From positions 39,804,001 to 39,868,000 of the forward strand of contig OZ024750.1 of NCBI GenBank assembly GCA_964016885.1: a DNA stretch of 64,000 nt, written 5' to 3'. Both the position numbers and the translations under genes were made by a program. Every line of letters starts with the position of its first letter. The stretch's first letter is position 1. The notes under the pieces are model-generated. The model was not told the DNA's origin, made no database searches, and was given only the letters and a program-made list of their open reading frames with translations. Positions 39,603 through 52,034 of this stretch are shown piece by piece. This DNA comes from Eledone cirrhosa. Lineage: Eukaryota.

Positions 39603-40713
39603 ATTGAGCAACATCGGTGAAGTTGGCACCCTTAACTCACAGTTGGGTGCGGATGCATTCATGTATATATGTGTGTGTCCGCATGTATCTGTGTGTTTCT
39701 AAATGTATTAATAACTCCCTCTGGTCGAGCAATCTTTGAAGTGTGGGGACAACTGGAAAGCTTCCATTACTCATACTTCTCGCCTTCTTCACTACCTCTT
39801 CTACGGCCTCGATATGAATACCCCCTCCGCCTCCGTGGTATTTTTTTCGTGGTTATAAGAGGCTTAGCTCTGTTTCTCGACCGTTATATCGCGTGACTAT
39901 CTCCCCCTCCGCCTTTTGGGATTCTTTCTCACGTCGTGTAGACGCGTTCTTGAGACTAGTAAAATGAGGTATCCTCTTGATAAGTCGGCAGACCTCGCAA
40001 GGACTCTATATCTTTGATATATTGTTTTTGTTTATGCCACGAAACTACGTAGTCGAGGAATTTAGGAACAGTTTAGGTATGATACATTTTATTACTAATT
40101 ATATCTAAATGTTTCTTCTCTCTTCATAATGTATTTTTAACTCTGATACTGGTTCAGTCTGGTTCAAACTGAATTGGTCTGTCCCAGTCATTCATTGAGC
40201 AACATCGGTGAAGTTGGCACCCTTAACTCACAGTTGGGTGCGGATGCATTCATGTATATATGTGTGTGTCCGCATGTATCTGTGTGTTTCTAAATGTATT
40301 AATAACTCCCTCTGGTCGAGCAATCTTTGAAGTGTGGGGACAACTGGAAAGCTTCCATTACTCATACTTCTCGCCTTCTTCACTACCTCTTCTACGGCCT
40401 CGATATGAATACCCCCTCCGCCTCCGTGGTATTTTTTTCGTGGTTATAAGAGGCTTAGCTCTGTTTCTCGACCGTTATATCGCGTGACTATCTCCCCCTC
40501 CGCCTTTTGGGATTCTTTCTCACGTCGTGTAGACGCGTTCTTGAGACTAGTAAAATGAGGTATCCTCTTGATAAGTCGGCAGACCTCGCAAGGACTCTAT
40601 ATCTTTGATATATTGTTTTTGTTTATGCCACGAAACTACGTAGTCGAGGAATTTAGGAACAGTTTAGGTATGATACATTTTATTACTAATTATATCTAAA
40701 TGTTTCTTCTCTC

Positions 40714-40717
<4 letters not shown>
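39603..40717 (+). repeat. 591-bp unit, ~1.9 identical tandem copies, each with a U3-A8 hammerhead (39972-40059 and 40563-40650)
   Basis: TCCTC-TTGATAA-GTCGGCA..TGCCAC-GAAA-CTACGTAG-TC|GAGGA in both copies. Confidence 0.85.
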
Positions 40718-40748
<31 letters not shown>

Positions 40749-40879
40749 CTTTTTTTTATTTTATTTTATTTTTTATTTATCTATTAATATTTTTTTCTTT
40801 TTTTTTTCTCCTCGTGCAATGGCCATACTCGATAACGAGGGGGCAGCCATCATGTTTGTATGTATGTGTGTATGTATGT

Positions 40880-43800
40880 ATGTTTTCTCTTTCTCTTAAT
40901 TTCGAGTATATTTTTTTGACCGGCCACCTTCCTGGTGGCAAGGTTGTAAAAGAAAAGAAATTGTCATCCCTTGAATCGCAAGAATGTTTTGCATATTTTG
41001 AAGGTGCCAGCTATCGCAGCCATTTGTAGACTATGAATTAGGGAGCTGCGCTTTTTGTCCGCAAATCCAAGTTCGGTCATACTTTGGTCCAAGCGGGTTG
41101 GTATATAACCCGTAGCACCAATAATGATGGGTATGAAGCTAAAGGTGTATCTTGGATACTGGATTTGTAAGCTCCTCATCAATGGTCCGTAGATGTCCTC
41201 CTTCTCCTGTATTTTTCTGACAACGTTTACATCAAGTGGGCAGCTGATCTCCACAACAGAACACGTTTTCAATGTGTGGTCCCAAACTACAATATCAGGC
41301 CGGTTGTGCTTTAATTTGGTGGCAGTTTTTATTTTCAGGTTCCACCAGTATTCCTTAGTGCGATCTGTCTCAATATATTCTTCCTCGTTTGTTGTTAATT
41401 TTGTTTTCCGAAGTGCGTTCCAGATAGTTCTAGCTATCCCATCGTGTCTCATGGGGAGGTAGTAGCGAGATGACATTCTTTCGCAGCTGGCAACAATGTG
41501 GCTTACATCCTCGATCTTTGTTTTACATAGCCTACATTTATTGTCAGCTGCTGGCCCTCCTCTTTTGTGCAGCAGATATTTGGTAGGGAGTTCTTGTTCC
41601 TGTATTGCATAGAGATATCCCTCAAGGTGTGATGTCATAAACTTGTCGGAACTCCATGCCAGGCTTTTTGAGTGGTTTATCCCCTCTATGGTCTGTGTTT
41701 TACGCCTCAAGTATCCATGCACAACTTTCTCTGTAAATTGGTCAACTTTTTTTTCTTGTTTGAACATTGAATAGGATCTTCCGATTTCTCTGGGTGAGAG
41801 ATTTATATCAGGCTTTATTCCATATCTCTCCTCCAGATCAGTCGCTATTCTAATGATATTTCTTTTTTCATGCTCATAAACCTGAGCAAGATGGTCGCCA
41901 ACCTTTTTCCTCTGTTGAAGGTGTTGCTTCAGTGTTACTATCCGGGTCTCATATGTTGTTAATATTGATTTTAGACCCCGGCCACCTTCCTTGCGTGAGA
42001 AGTATAGCCTATCCACATCACCATTGATGTTAAAGTTCCCAGTAACACTGAGAAGTTTACGAGTTCTAACATCCATCTCACTTAGTTCTTGCAATGACCA
42101 GTTCAGTAGGCCAAATGTTGGCGTTAGAATTGGCACAGCATAGGTATTGTGGGCAATGTATTTGTTGTATGCTGACAGTTCTGATGACCATATTTTTTTT
42201 ACTCTTCTGAGGTATTCAGTTCTGGTTCTCTCCTTATTTATGGGTCCATCATATCTGACATTCTCATCCTGTCCAAGATATCTGTAGTTGTCACTTGACT
42301 GCAGAGGTTGTATTGTCAGGCCGTTCATATCTAGATTTCTAGAGGAGGGCACAGCTCTTCCACGTTTTACTGCCAAATATGCACACTTGGACTCACCAAA
42401 TTTCATTTTGATGTCGGTTGAAAATTGTGTAATGAGGTCCAATTGTTTCTTGATGTCATTGATATTTGGCCCATACAACTTCAGGTCATCAACAAAGAAA
42501 AGATGGGAGATACTTCTGGGCCCACTTCTTTGTCCACCTTGTTTCCTCAGTAGGTAAGATAGTGGATTCAGTGAGAGAACGAAGAGTAGTACTGACAAGC
42601 TATCACCCTGAAAGATGCCCTTCTGGTAATGTATCCTATCAGTCTTAACCTGCTCCTTCTCACCTCTAAGGATCAAATTGGTGTACCAGTTCTTGGTCAG
42701 GCGTTCAACAGCAGCTACTAATGGTTGTGGGACTTTAGCTAACTGTAAAGCCTTAATAATCCACCCATGAGGTACACTATCAAATGCTTTTTGATAGTCC
42801 AGCCACACGACAGTCATGTTTCTGCGATTCTTTGTTGGTTTTTTTTCCTGAATCATTTTGTTAGTTAGTAGGTGATCTATGCAACCCCACACCTCCCTCT
42901 TTCCACCAGCTTGCTCAGGTGTTATGATGTTGTTGGTAGCACAGTGATCCTGTAAGAACAGGTTAAGGCACCCAGTATATAATTTATACATGATGTTTTG
43001 ACAGGCAATTGGGCGGTAATTTTTAGCAAGGGTGGTTTGGCTATTTTGGGGAATGAGGAGGGTAGTGGCAGTTGATAACCATCTGGGCAGTTCTTGTGTG
43101 CCCTTAATGGTTTCTGTAAACAGCCGTATGAGATCCTGCCGATAGAAAGTGAAATTCTTCAACCAGTATCCTGTAATGAGGTCTGGGCCTGGCGATTTCC
43201 TATTCGACATTTTCTGTAGAGCTGTTTCCAGTATTGACCCATCTATGTCATATTGTTTTGTCTGGACATGTTGGCAGTAGTCCTGTTCCAGTTGTTTTAG
43301 CCAATTAGCTTGTCTGTTGAATCCGTCATCCGTTTCCCATACAGATCTCCAGTAGTTCTCAACCTGTTCTTTTGAAGGGGTGTCGTTTACAGGGATTGAG
43401 CTTTTGCCACCGAAGCTGCGATAAACTGATTTAGGATCTCTGGCAAACAATCTATTTAGCACTTGTCGTTTATGGGCTGTTGACTTATATTTTAGTCTTT
43501 CTGTTGTAGCTGTGAGTTGTTGTTTCAACTGGTGTAATTTGGAGTTCAAAGTTTTAAATTTGGTATCTCCAAATCGTCTCTCTAACTTTTTCTTTAGGTC
43601 TTCCTGGTGTCGTGTGAAGTTTCTCTCTATGTTGCATTTCATAACGACTGCGATGTGTGAGATACTTCGTCTCAGGGACAAAATTTTGGTTTTTAAATTT
43701 CGCATCCACGCTGGTTCAGGCTTTCTGTTTGTATCTTGATTGCGTGGTTTTAGATGTGTGTTATATGATAGCAATGTGACAGCTGAAACATATAACAAAA

Positions 43801-44270
43801 CATTGAGCGTTTCAAATGTCGTTTCTACACCTTTAGATCGTATAGCCTTCAGATAATTGCCAGCTATTTCGTTCACCGCTTCCAATTCCAATTTAGTGGG
43901 TTCTTTACTGACTCTAGTGTTGTATGGTCTGTCACTCACATTAAGGCTGTGTATCTCTTGAAACATATCGTTCCATATCACTTGTAGGGTGCCCACAAGT
44001 TTTTGGTGCTCTGTTTGTTCAGTAGAGTCATGAATTTCAGCCTCGTTGTTGATGTGGTGACAATTACTACTAGAGTCAGCTGACCTTTCTCGCTGTTCTT
44101 CAGTGGAAGTGGGATGGATTTCAGCAAAATTGTTGGTGAGCTGTTCACTGTTAGATTTAGCCGGCCATTCTCTTTGTCTGTCAGTGGAGGTGGGGTGGTT
44201 GTCTACAAGGGCTGTATTTGTAGTATCACTCGATTCCGTTAGATGTATCAATTTACATCTAATGATACAT
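40880..44270 (-). mobile_element. R4/Dong-like RLE non-LTR retrotransposon with an uninterrupted RT-CCHC-RLE frame (stop at 40964)
   Basis: KSPGPD, NYRPIAC, WLDYQKAFDSVPH, GIFQGDSLS, FFVDDLKLY, CRLC..HIVASC, RHD, HNRPDIVVWD..VEISCP; the ORF's nominal N-terminus is flanking microsatellite, so it is probably 5'-truncated. Confidence 0.95.
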
Positions 44271-44358
44271 GATATGCATGTATGTATGTGTGTATGTGTG
44301 TACGTATGTATGTATGTATGTTTGTATGTATGTATGTGTGTATGTGTGTATGTATGTA

Positions 44359-45724
44359 TAATAATAATAATAATAATGAAATTATTGTGTACAGTGCTCA
44401 GGTGCACTACAACTCATCAAAGGTGCATGTATAGTACATAGAATAATGTACAAATGTCAGGAAAATAAACAGTGTATGAGTCATGATATAATAACAATAA
44501 CAATAATGAAATATTGTGCACAGTGCCCAGGTGCACCACAACCCATCAAAAAAGTGCATGTACAGTACATAGGGCAATGCACAAACATCAGTAAAATGAA
44601 CAGTGCACACATGTGTGCATGTGTATGGAAGGGGCACATCAGGTGTAGTTTTGGCGTATTTCTGGAAGCATGAGTGTCTTAAAGGATGCAGTGTCTCGGC
44701 AGCTAACAATTGACGCAGGCAGTTTGTTCCATGTTTCAGCAACTCTGAGCGTGAAAAAATGTCTGCGAAAGTCATGGGAGCTGTGCTGTTTTCTTATCTT
44801 GTAGGCATGTCCACGTGTGTTAGACACATGGAGATCAAAGAGGCGCTCAGGGTTGCAGTTGGCGAGATGGTTAAAAACTTTGTGGGTATTCACCAAGTCC
44901 ACTGCCAGACGTCGGAGCTTCAATGAATCCATGCCCAGGGAAGCAAGGCGTTCAGAGTATGGTAGGTGTCTGATGGAGGGTATGCGCTTGGTTGCACGTC
45001 TCTGAACAGTTTCCAGGAGGTCAATGTTCCGAGCAAGATAGGGGTTCCAGACTGATGATGCGAATTCCAAGTGTGGTCGCACCATAGCTGTATACAGTTT
45101 TAAATAGATGGCTGGAGAGCGGCTAACAAAGGTCTTGCTGAGTGATGCCAAGACACCCTCGGCCTTCTTGACAATCTTAGAGACATGCTTTGTCCAATGC
45201 AAATCGTTGCTGACAGTAATGCCTAGGTCACGTTCACAAGAGGACTTTTTGATGTCAGTGTTGTGGAGGGAGTATGTGGACGCTGGATTTTTCCTTCCAA
45301 AATGCATGGTGGTACACTTGTCCACAGCCAGCTTCAGTTGCCAGTCTGTGATCCATTGCTGCATTGTGTCCAGGTCTGATTGTAGGAAAGAGTTGTAAAT
45401 TTCAGGATCAGTCCTTTTGATTTCAAGGTACAGCTTGATGTCATCTGCATATTTTAGTACCGTGGCATTCTGTAAGTTGGCATCTATGTCATTAATATAT
45501 GCCACAAACAAAAGAGGACCAAGAACAGATCCCTGTGGTACACCAGATGACATCTCATATGGTGAAGAATGCTGTCCTAGAACCGTGACTACTTCCCTTC
45601 GGCTGAGAATGAAGGATTTCAGCCAGTCGAAAAGATCATCCCTCACACCCATTGCAGAGAGTTTTGCCATAAGTCTTTTGTGTGGCACAGAATTAAAAGC
45701 CTTAGCAAAGTCAAGGTAAAAGGT
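44359..45724 (-). mobile_element. 5'-truncated CR1/L2-group LINE (RT C-terminal half, 3' UTR, (ATT)n tail)
   Basis: DFAKAFNSVPH, SGVPQGSVLGPLLF, YADDIK, ERDLG, VRPHLEF, QRRATK. Confidence 0.92.
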
Positions 45725-45909
45725 ATGTATGTATGTATGTATGTATGTGTGTGTGTATGTATGTATGTGTGTACGTATCTATGTATGTATGTTTGTATGT
45801 ATGTGTGTATGTATGTATGTGTGTATGTGTGTATGTATGTGTGTACGTATGTATGTATGTATGTTTGTATGTATGTGTGTATGTATGTATGTGTGTATGT
45901 GTGTATGTG

Positions 45910-45941
<32 letters not shown>

Positions 45942-46285
45942 TGTATGTATGCATGTATGTATGTATGTATGTAGGTATGTATGTATGTATGTTTGTATGT
46001 ATGTATGTTTGTATGTGTGTATGTATGTTTGTATGTATGTATGTATGTATGTATGTATGTATGTATGTATGTATGTATGTATGTATGTGTGTATGTATGT
46101 TTGTATGTATGTATGTATGTATGTGTGTGTGTATGTATGTATGTGTGTACGTATCTATGTATGTATGTTTGTATGTATGTGTGTATGTATGTATGTGTGT
46201 ATGTGTGTATGTATGTGTGTACGTATGTATGTATGTATGTTTGTATGTATGTGTGTATGCATGTATGTGTGTATGTGTGTATGTG

Positions 46286-46317
<32 letters not shown>

Positions 46318-46451
46318 TGTATGCATGTATGTATGTGTGTATGTATGTATGTATGTATGTATGTATGTATGTTTGTATGTATGTATGTTTGTATGTATGT
46401 ATGTATGTATGTATGTGTGTATGTATGTATGTATGTATGTATGTATGTATG

Positions 46452-47060
46452 TCAGGTCACCAGTTGGTGCTACTGGTAACATGTATCCCAGTACAACCTG
46501 TCTCATGGTCGGGTCGTTGGCGACTAAACTGGCAACCCCACCAAGGTTTCTTGGTGAGGAGGGTGACTTTGGACATCCTGCAGGACTAAAAACAAAACCT
46601 GTCAAAGGGCAAAGGAGCTCTTAAGAGTCAATGGCCATCCAAAATCACCGGGAGAGATGACCCCTTAGCCTTTATCAAGGCAGAATTCTAGGAGAAGGAA
46701 AACTCTGATATAACACCTGCAACCCTGATGGTATCCAATGATGTTGACTTGTTCTTCTTTTTGGTAAATATCATGTTGGTTAAGAGAGTGGGACTGGCTT
46801 TGTGCAGTGCCTTTGCTCACTATAAAAGCTTCACGGCACAGGCATTGCTTTATATCTGGAGATCTCTCTGCACTTGTCCTCACATGGTACCATGGGCCCA
46901 GCACTATGTGTCAATAATTGTCACAAGTGTTGTGTTTGTACCAGAGGTTTCAAGTCGCTGGCTGGACTAAAAAGTCACACTCGTTCAGCGCTTCGGTAGG
47001 GGTTCTCCTACATGGATATAAAGTAGTGGCCGTACTCGAAAACGAGTTGGCAGCCACCAT
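46452..47060 (+). mobile_element. Longest copy of the non-autonomous RTE-derived element
   Basis: UTR-like 5' part; 3' part encodes a zinc-finger remnant (C..C...FKSLAGLKSHTR) and terminal hairpin, then (ATGT)n. Confidence 0.8.
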
Positions 47061-47481
47061 GTATGTATGTATGTGTGTATGTATGTTTGTATGTATGTAT
47101 GTATGTATGTATGTATGTATGTATGTGTGTATGTATGTTTGTATGTATGTATGTAAAGGCGCCGAAAGTGTCATAGTATCCTCTCAAACGAGTTAGGCAA
47201 GTCACGTAGTACTTAAGGGAGGTGAAAGACTCCAAACCAATAATTTTTCCAGTCAACTTCACACCTGGAAACGCCCTCTGCATAAAACAAGAAGAAAAGA
47301 ATACAAGGGTTGCATAAAAATCAGCCTAAAATATCTGCAGATTTACGTTGATAAGTGTGGTGGGATGTTAGCTTTAGCGAGGACAACATGAAGGAGACTT
47401 GCGAGGCTGCAGAATGTTTGAATAGGGACGTTTTTAACACGAAATATTAAAGTCTCGGATTTGTATGGGCCACAATATGTG

Positions 47482-47625
47482 AAGGCGCATGGCTTAGTGG
47501 TTAGAGCATTGGGCTTGCAATCGAAAGGTTCAGTTCAATTCTCGGACCGGGTGATGTGTTGTTTCCTTGAGCAAGACACTTTATTTCACGTTGCTCCAGT
47601 TTACTCAACTGTAGAAATGAGATGA
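47482..47625 (+). mobile_element. tRNA-derived SINE 5' part
   Basis: A box TGGCTTAGTGG, B-box-like AGTTCAATTC, CCTTGAGCAAGACACTTTATTTCAC core. Confidence 0.75.
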
Positions 47626-47720
47626 TAGGGACTGGGGTCCCTATAATTAAATTACCGAAGACACCTCCAAGGAAATATACCATGGAGTAGGCCAACTAAA
47701 CCTGCATAGGTGTGAGCTGT

Positions 47721-47778
<58 letters not shown>

Positions 47779-48042
47779 ATGAACGCCAATGAGAACATAG
47801 GAAGCTGGAGATGTGAAGCAACGTGGCCGTGTATTGCTCTGTCAATCTGAGTATGTCACTCAATTAAACCAACTGCACGAAAGGTCTCCCTCCAAGATCT
47901 TGCGAGATAAACAGAACCACCACCACCACTACAACCACCACCACCACCACCACCACCACTACAGCCACTACCACCACCAACACCGCCGCCGCCGCCGCCA
48001 CCACCACCACCACCACCACCACCACCACCACCATCACCGACG

Positions 48043-48190
48043 CTTTAATGTCTAGCGACGGACTTTTCAAAAGTCTGCGCCCTAAGCGGCCCTTTAATAT
48101 CCAGCGACAGACTTTTCGGAAGTTTGCGCCCTAAGCGGCCCTTTAATATCCAGCGACAGACTTTTCGGAAGTCTGCGCCCTAAGCGGCTC
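48043..48190. repeat. 49-bp unit, 3 copies
   Basis: CTTTAATATCCAGCGACAGACTTTTCGGAAGTCTGCGCCCTAAGCGGCC. Confidence 0.85.
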
Positions 48191-48542
48191 TCCTAGTTGT
48201 CTTTAATGGTAACGCCAGACCAGGTTTGTGGCGGGGGAGCTGTCGGCTGCAGTGTTAAATGAAACAGGAGAAAGGTTAAGGGAGATCCAATAGAATAACA
48301 TAAGCTAGAAGTCACGTTAATGAAGCTCAGATGTATGACATGAAGCTTTAGAAGATTAAATTCCTTCTAGAGTGGAACCTGAAGTTGACACTAGTGTCTC
48401 TTGTTGTCTTGGTCGTCTTACAGCGGAGTTATTTGACTGTTGAGGGTGGGACAGTCTTTCAGACATGACATGCTGGGGCTAGTGGTGGGCTGTATATATA
48501 CATACATACATACATACATACATACATACATACATACATACA

Positions 48543-48573
<31 letters not shown>

Positions 48574-48630
48574 GTACATACATACATACATACATACATA
48601 CAGACATACATACATACATACATACATACA

Positions 48631-48663
<33 letters not shown>

Positions 48664-48744
48664 GCATATATATATACATATATATATATACATACATGCA
48701 TATGTACATACATATATACATACTTACAGACATACATACATACA

Positions 48745-48777
<33 letters not shown>

Positions 48778-48890
48778 GCATATATATATACATATATATC
48801 TATATCTACATACATACATACGTACATACAAACATACATACATACATACATACATACATACATACATACATACATACATACATACATACA

Positions 48891-48921
<31 letters not shown>

Positions 48922-48923
<2 letters not shown>

Positions 48924-49515
48924 GGTGGCTGCCAACTCGTTTTCGAGTACGGCCACTACTTTATATCCATGTAGGAGAACTCCTACCGATGCGCTGAACG
49001 AGTGTGACTTTTTAGTTCAGCCAGCGACTTGAAAACTCTGGTACAAACACTACACTTGTGACAATTATTGACACATAGTGCTGGGCCCATGGTACCATGT
49101 GACGACAAGTACAGAGAGATCTCCAGATATAAAGCAATGCCTGTGCCGTGAAGCTTTTATAGTGAGCAAAGGCACTGCACAAAGCCAGTCCCACTCTCTT
49201 AACCAAGATGATATTTACCAAAAAGAAGAACAAGTCAACATCATTGGATACCATCAGGGTTGCAGGTGTTATATCAGAGTTTTCCTTCTCCTAGAATTCT
49301 GCCTTGTCAGGTCACCAGTTGGTGCTACTGGTAACATGTATCCCAGTACAACCTGTCTCATGGTCGGGTCGTTGGCGACTAAACTGGCAACCCCACCAAG
49401 GTTTTTTGGTGAGGGGGGTGACTTTGGACATCCTGCAGGACTAAAAACAAAACCTGTCAAAGGGCAAAGGAGCTCTTCAGAGTCAATGGCCATCCAAAAT
49501 CACCGGGAGAGATGA
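48922..49515. mobile_element. 5'-inverted copy of the RTE-derived element (3' part minus 48922-49305; 5' part plus 49306-49515)
   Basis: The two halves match 46452-47060 in opposite orientations. Confidence 0.8.
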
Positions 49516-49547
49516 CATACATATATACATATATACATACATACATA

Positions 49548-49619
<72 letters not shown>

Positions 49620-49808
49620 CACATGTATATAAACACAAACACATGGATATACACATACACACATACATACATGTAAACGTGCATTCATATATAAATATAC
49701 ATATGTATATATATATATATATATACGTTATTCCGGGTTGAATCGGAGGTAACCACAGTAAGTAAGGTACTCAATACATTGCAGAGTATAAAAGTTTTAA
49801 TATAGATG

Positions 49809-49859
49809 AGATTCTACAGGACTAGAACTGTTTCATTCTTTAGAAATCATCAGGAATCT
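49809..49859 (-). ncRNA. Type I hammerhead ribozyme within a fold-back (49801-49898)
   Basis: AGATTC-CTGATGA-TTTCTAAAGAAT-GAAA-CAG ttctagtc CTG-TA|GAATCT. Confidence 0.82.
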
Positions 49860-50061
49860 AGGAATGAAACAGTTCTAGTCCTGTAGAATCTCATCTATAT
49901 ATATATATATACAGTATTTTCCGTTGTGTTGTAATATAAATATTACACACAGTAGATTATCAGCTCACGTAGAGTTTGCTCGACGGTTCCAGTTGTAGTT
50001 CCAAAAGTAATCCGGAGAAAAATAGAAAGATTTGAATGGATACAGTTTAGTTGAAAGGAAT

Positions 50062-50182
50062 TTATTGACACGTGTTTCTATAACAGTTACATAACCTGAA
50101 AACAGCTGCTATCTACAAAGTATTAGTTATGCAGACATTCAATATTTCAATGTTATTATTTACTGTCATTTCATCAGAATAA
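50062..50182 (-). ncRNA. Type I hammerhead ribozyme with ~90-nt stem II
   Basis: TTATT-CTGATGA-[ATGACAGT..ACTGTTAT]-GAAA-CACGTG-TC|AATAA. Confidence 0.78.
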
Positions 50183-50722
50183 TATTACTGAGGACCTGTT
50201 TGGTTTTTATAGAGAATATTAGGAGGGAGGGGTGAAGTTGTTAGAAGAATAGTTGAGGGAGTGGTTTTTTGATAGCAGTGAGAATTTTTGGTGGCAGTGA
50301 GTAATTAGATTCCCATCTGTTGTTTTGACATTTTTATAGAATATATTATTGGTTATTTTTCTAAATCTATAGAAGGATTAGAGATAGTAAAGATATGCGT
50401 GGTTGGTTTTGTGTTTGCACTTAATTAACATTCAGACTTAAATTTTTCTTTCAAGTGTACGTATCCTTTCACCCACGCATTCACACACAAACATATTTGT
50501 ACACCTCTACAAAATACATATACTCACATTCACATAGTAACATGTTCATACTTACATACATATACACATGCATACATATATATATACACACATGTATTCA
50601 TGTACATACATACGCGTTCATGTGTATACATTTTTATACTCAACTTATCTTTATATACACACGTATAGACACACACATATATACATACATACTCTAGTCT
50701 ATGTGTATATATATACATATAC

Positions 50723-50754
<32 letters not shown>

Positions 50755-50762
<8 letters not shown>

Positions 50763-51937
50763 ATATTTGGGGAGGGTCATATTTGCGTAATATTGCCAGA
50801 ATTAATAACAGAACACACTCACTGTTTGGTTGGTTTTCGCTTCTCGCTGTCTTTTATATATATATATCTGCGATCTAACTTACTCGGTCCTCAATGTTGC
50901 CATTGACTGACCGGCGGTCAAAAATAATACAGATACAATATAGACAAACACATATATATATAGTTTACATAAATCTTTCGTTGCACATCTGCAACATCGT
51001 CAGTGGTGTTATATTCATTGTTCCTCCTGTTGTGTTGTATGTCTACGCCATTTTTTTTTTGTTCAGTCTGTCTATATATTTATTTATTTATTTGCTTGTT
51101 TGTTTATCTTATTTTATTTTGTCTTCTTTGCGCATGCGTTTGCGTGTGTGTATAGTGTTATGTGTGATGTGTGACTAGTGTGTATAGTGTTGTGTCTGCT
51201 GGGTGACTAGTGTGTGTTTATGTGCTTGTGTATGTATTTATTTATCTTATTTTATTTAATTTAATTTACTTATTTATTTATACTTCTCTTAGGTCAGTGT
51301 TGTTTGTTTGGGTGTTGTTGTTGTTCCACTCATTCTTTCTGTTTAGCTAAACAGAAAGAATGAGTGGAACAACAACAACACCCAAACAAACAACACTGAC
51401 CTAAGAGAAGTATAAATAAATAAGTAAATTAAATAAAATAAAATAAGATAAATAAATACATACACAAGCACATAAACACACACTAGTCACCCAGCAGACA
51501 CAACACTATACACACTAGTCACACATCACACATAACACTATACACACACGCAAACGCATGCGCAAAGAAGACAAAATAAAATAAGATAAACAAACAAGCA
51601 AATAAATAAATAAATATATAGACAGACTGAACAAAAAAAAATGGCGTAGACATACAACACAACAGGAGGAACAATGAATATAACACCACTGACGATGTTG
51701 CAGATGTGCAACGAAAGATTTATGTAAACTATATATATATGTGTTTGTCTATATTGTATCTGTATTATTTTTGACCGCCGGTCAGTCAATGGCAACATTG
51801 AGGACCGAGTAAGTTAGATCGCAGATATATATATATAAAAGACAGCGAGAAGCGAAAACCAACCAAACAGTGAGTGTGTTCTGTTATTAATTCTGGCAAT
51901 ATTACGCAAATATGACCCTCCCCAAATATAACAATAT
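50755..51937. repeat. Near-perfect spacerless palindrome with ~590-bp arms, each arm carrying a hammerhead core
   Basis: Centre TTTAG|CTAAA at 51346/51347; CTGACGA-TGTTGCA gatg TGCAAC-GAAA-GATT-TA at 51689-51722 and its mirror near 50970-51004. Confidence 0.9.
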
Positions 51938-51991
51938 CTGTTTCGACACACGATTTCATATAAAAAACCTCGCAAAACTAATTCATCGCCG

Positions 51992-52034
<43 letters not shown>

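Noticed and set aside
46452-46535. HDV-like ribozyme at the 5' end of the RTE-derived element
   Set aside because: CCAGTT/AACTGG pairing and a GTCG/CGAC-TAA segment are suggestive, but I could not assemble canonical P1, P3 and P1.1 by eye; needs an RNArobo or Infernal test
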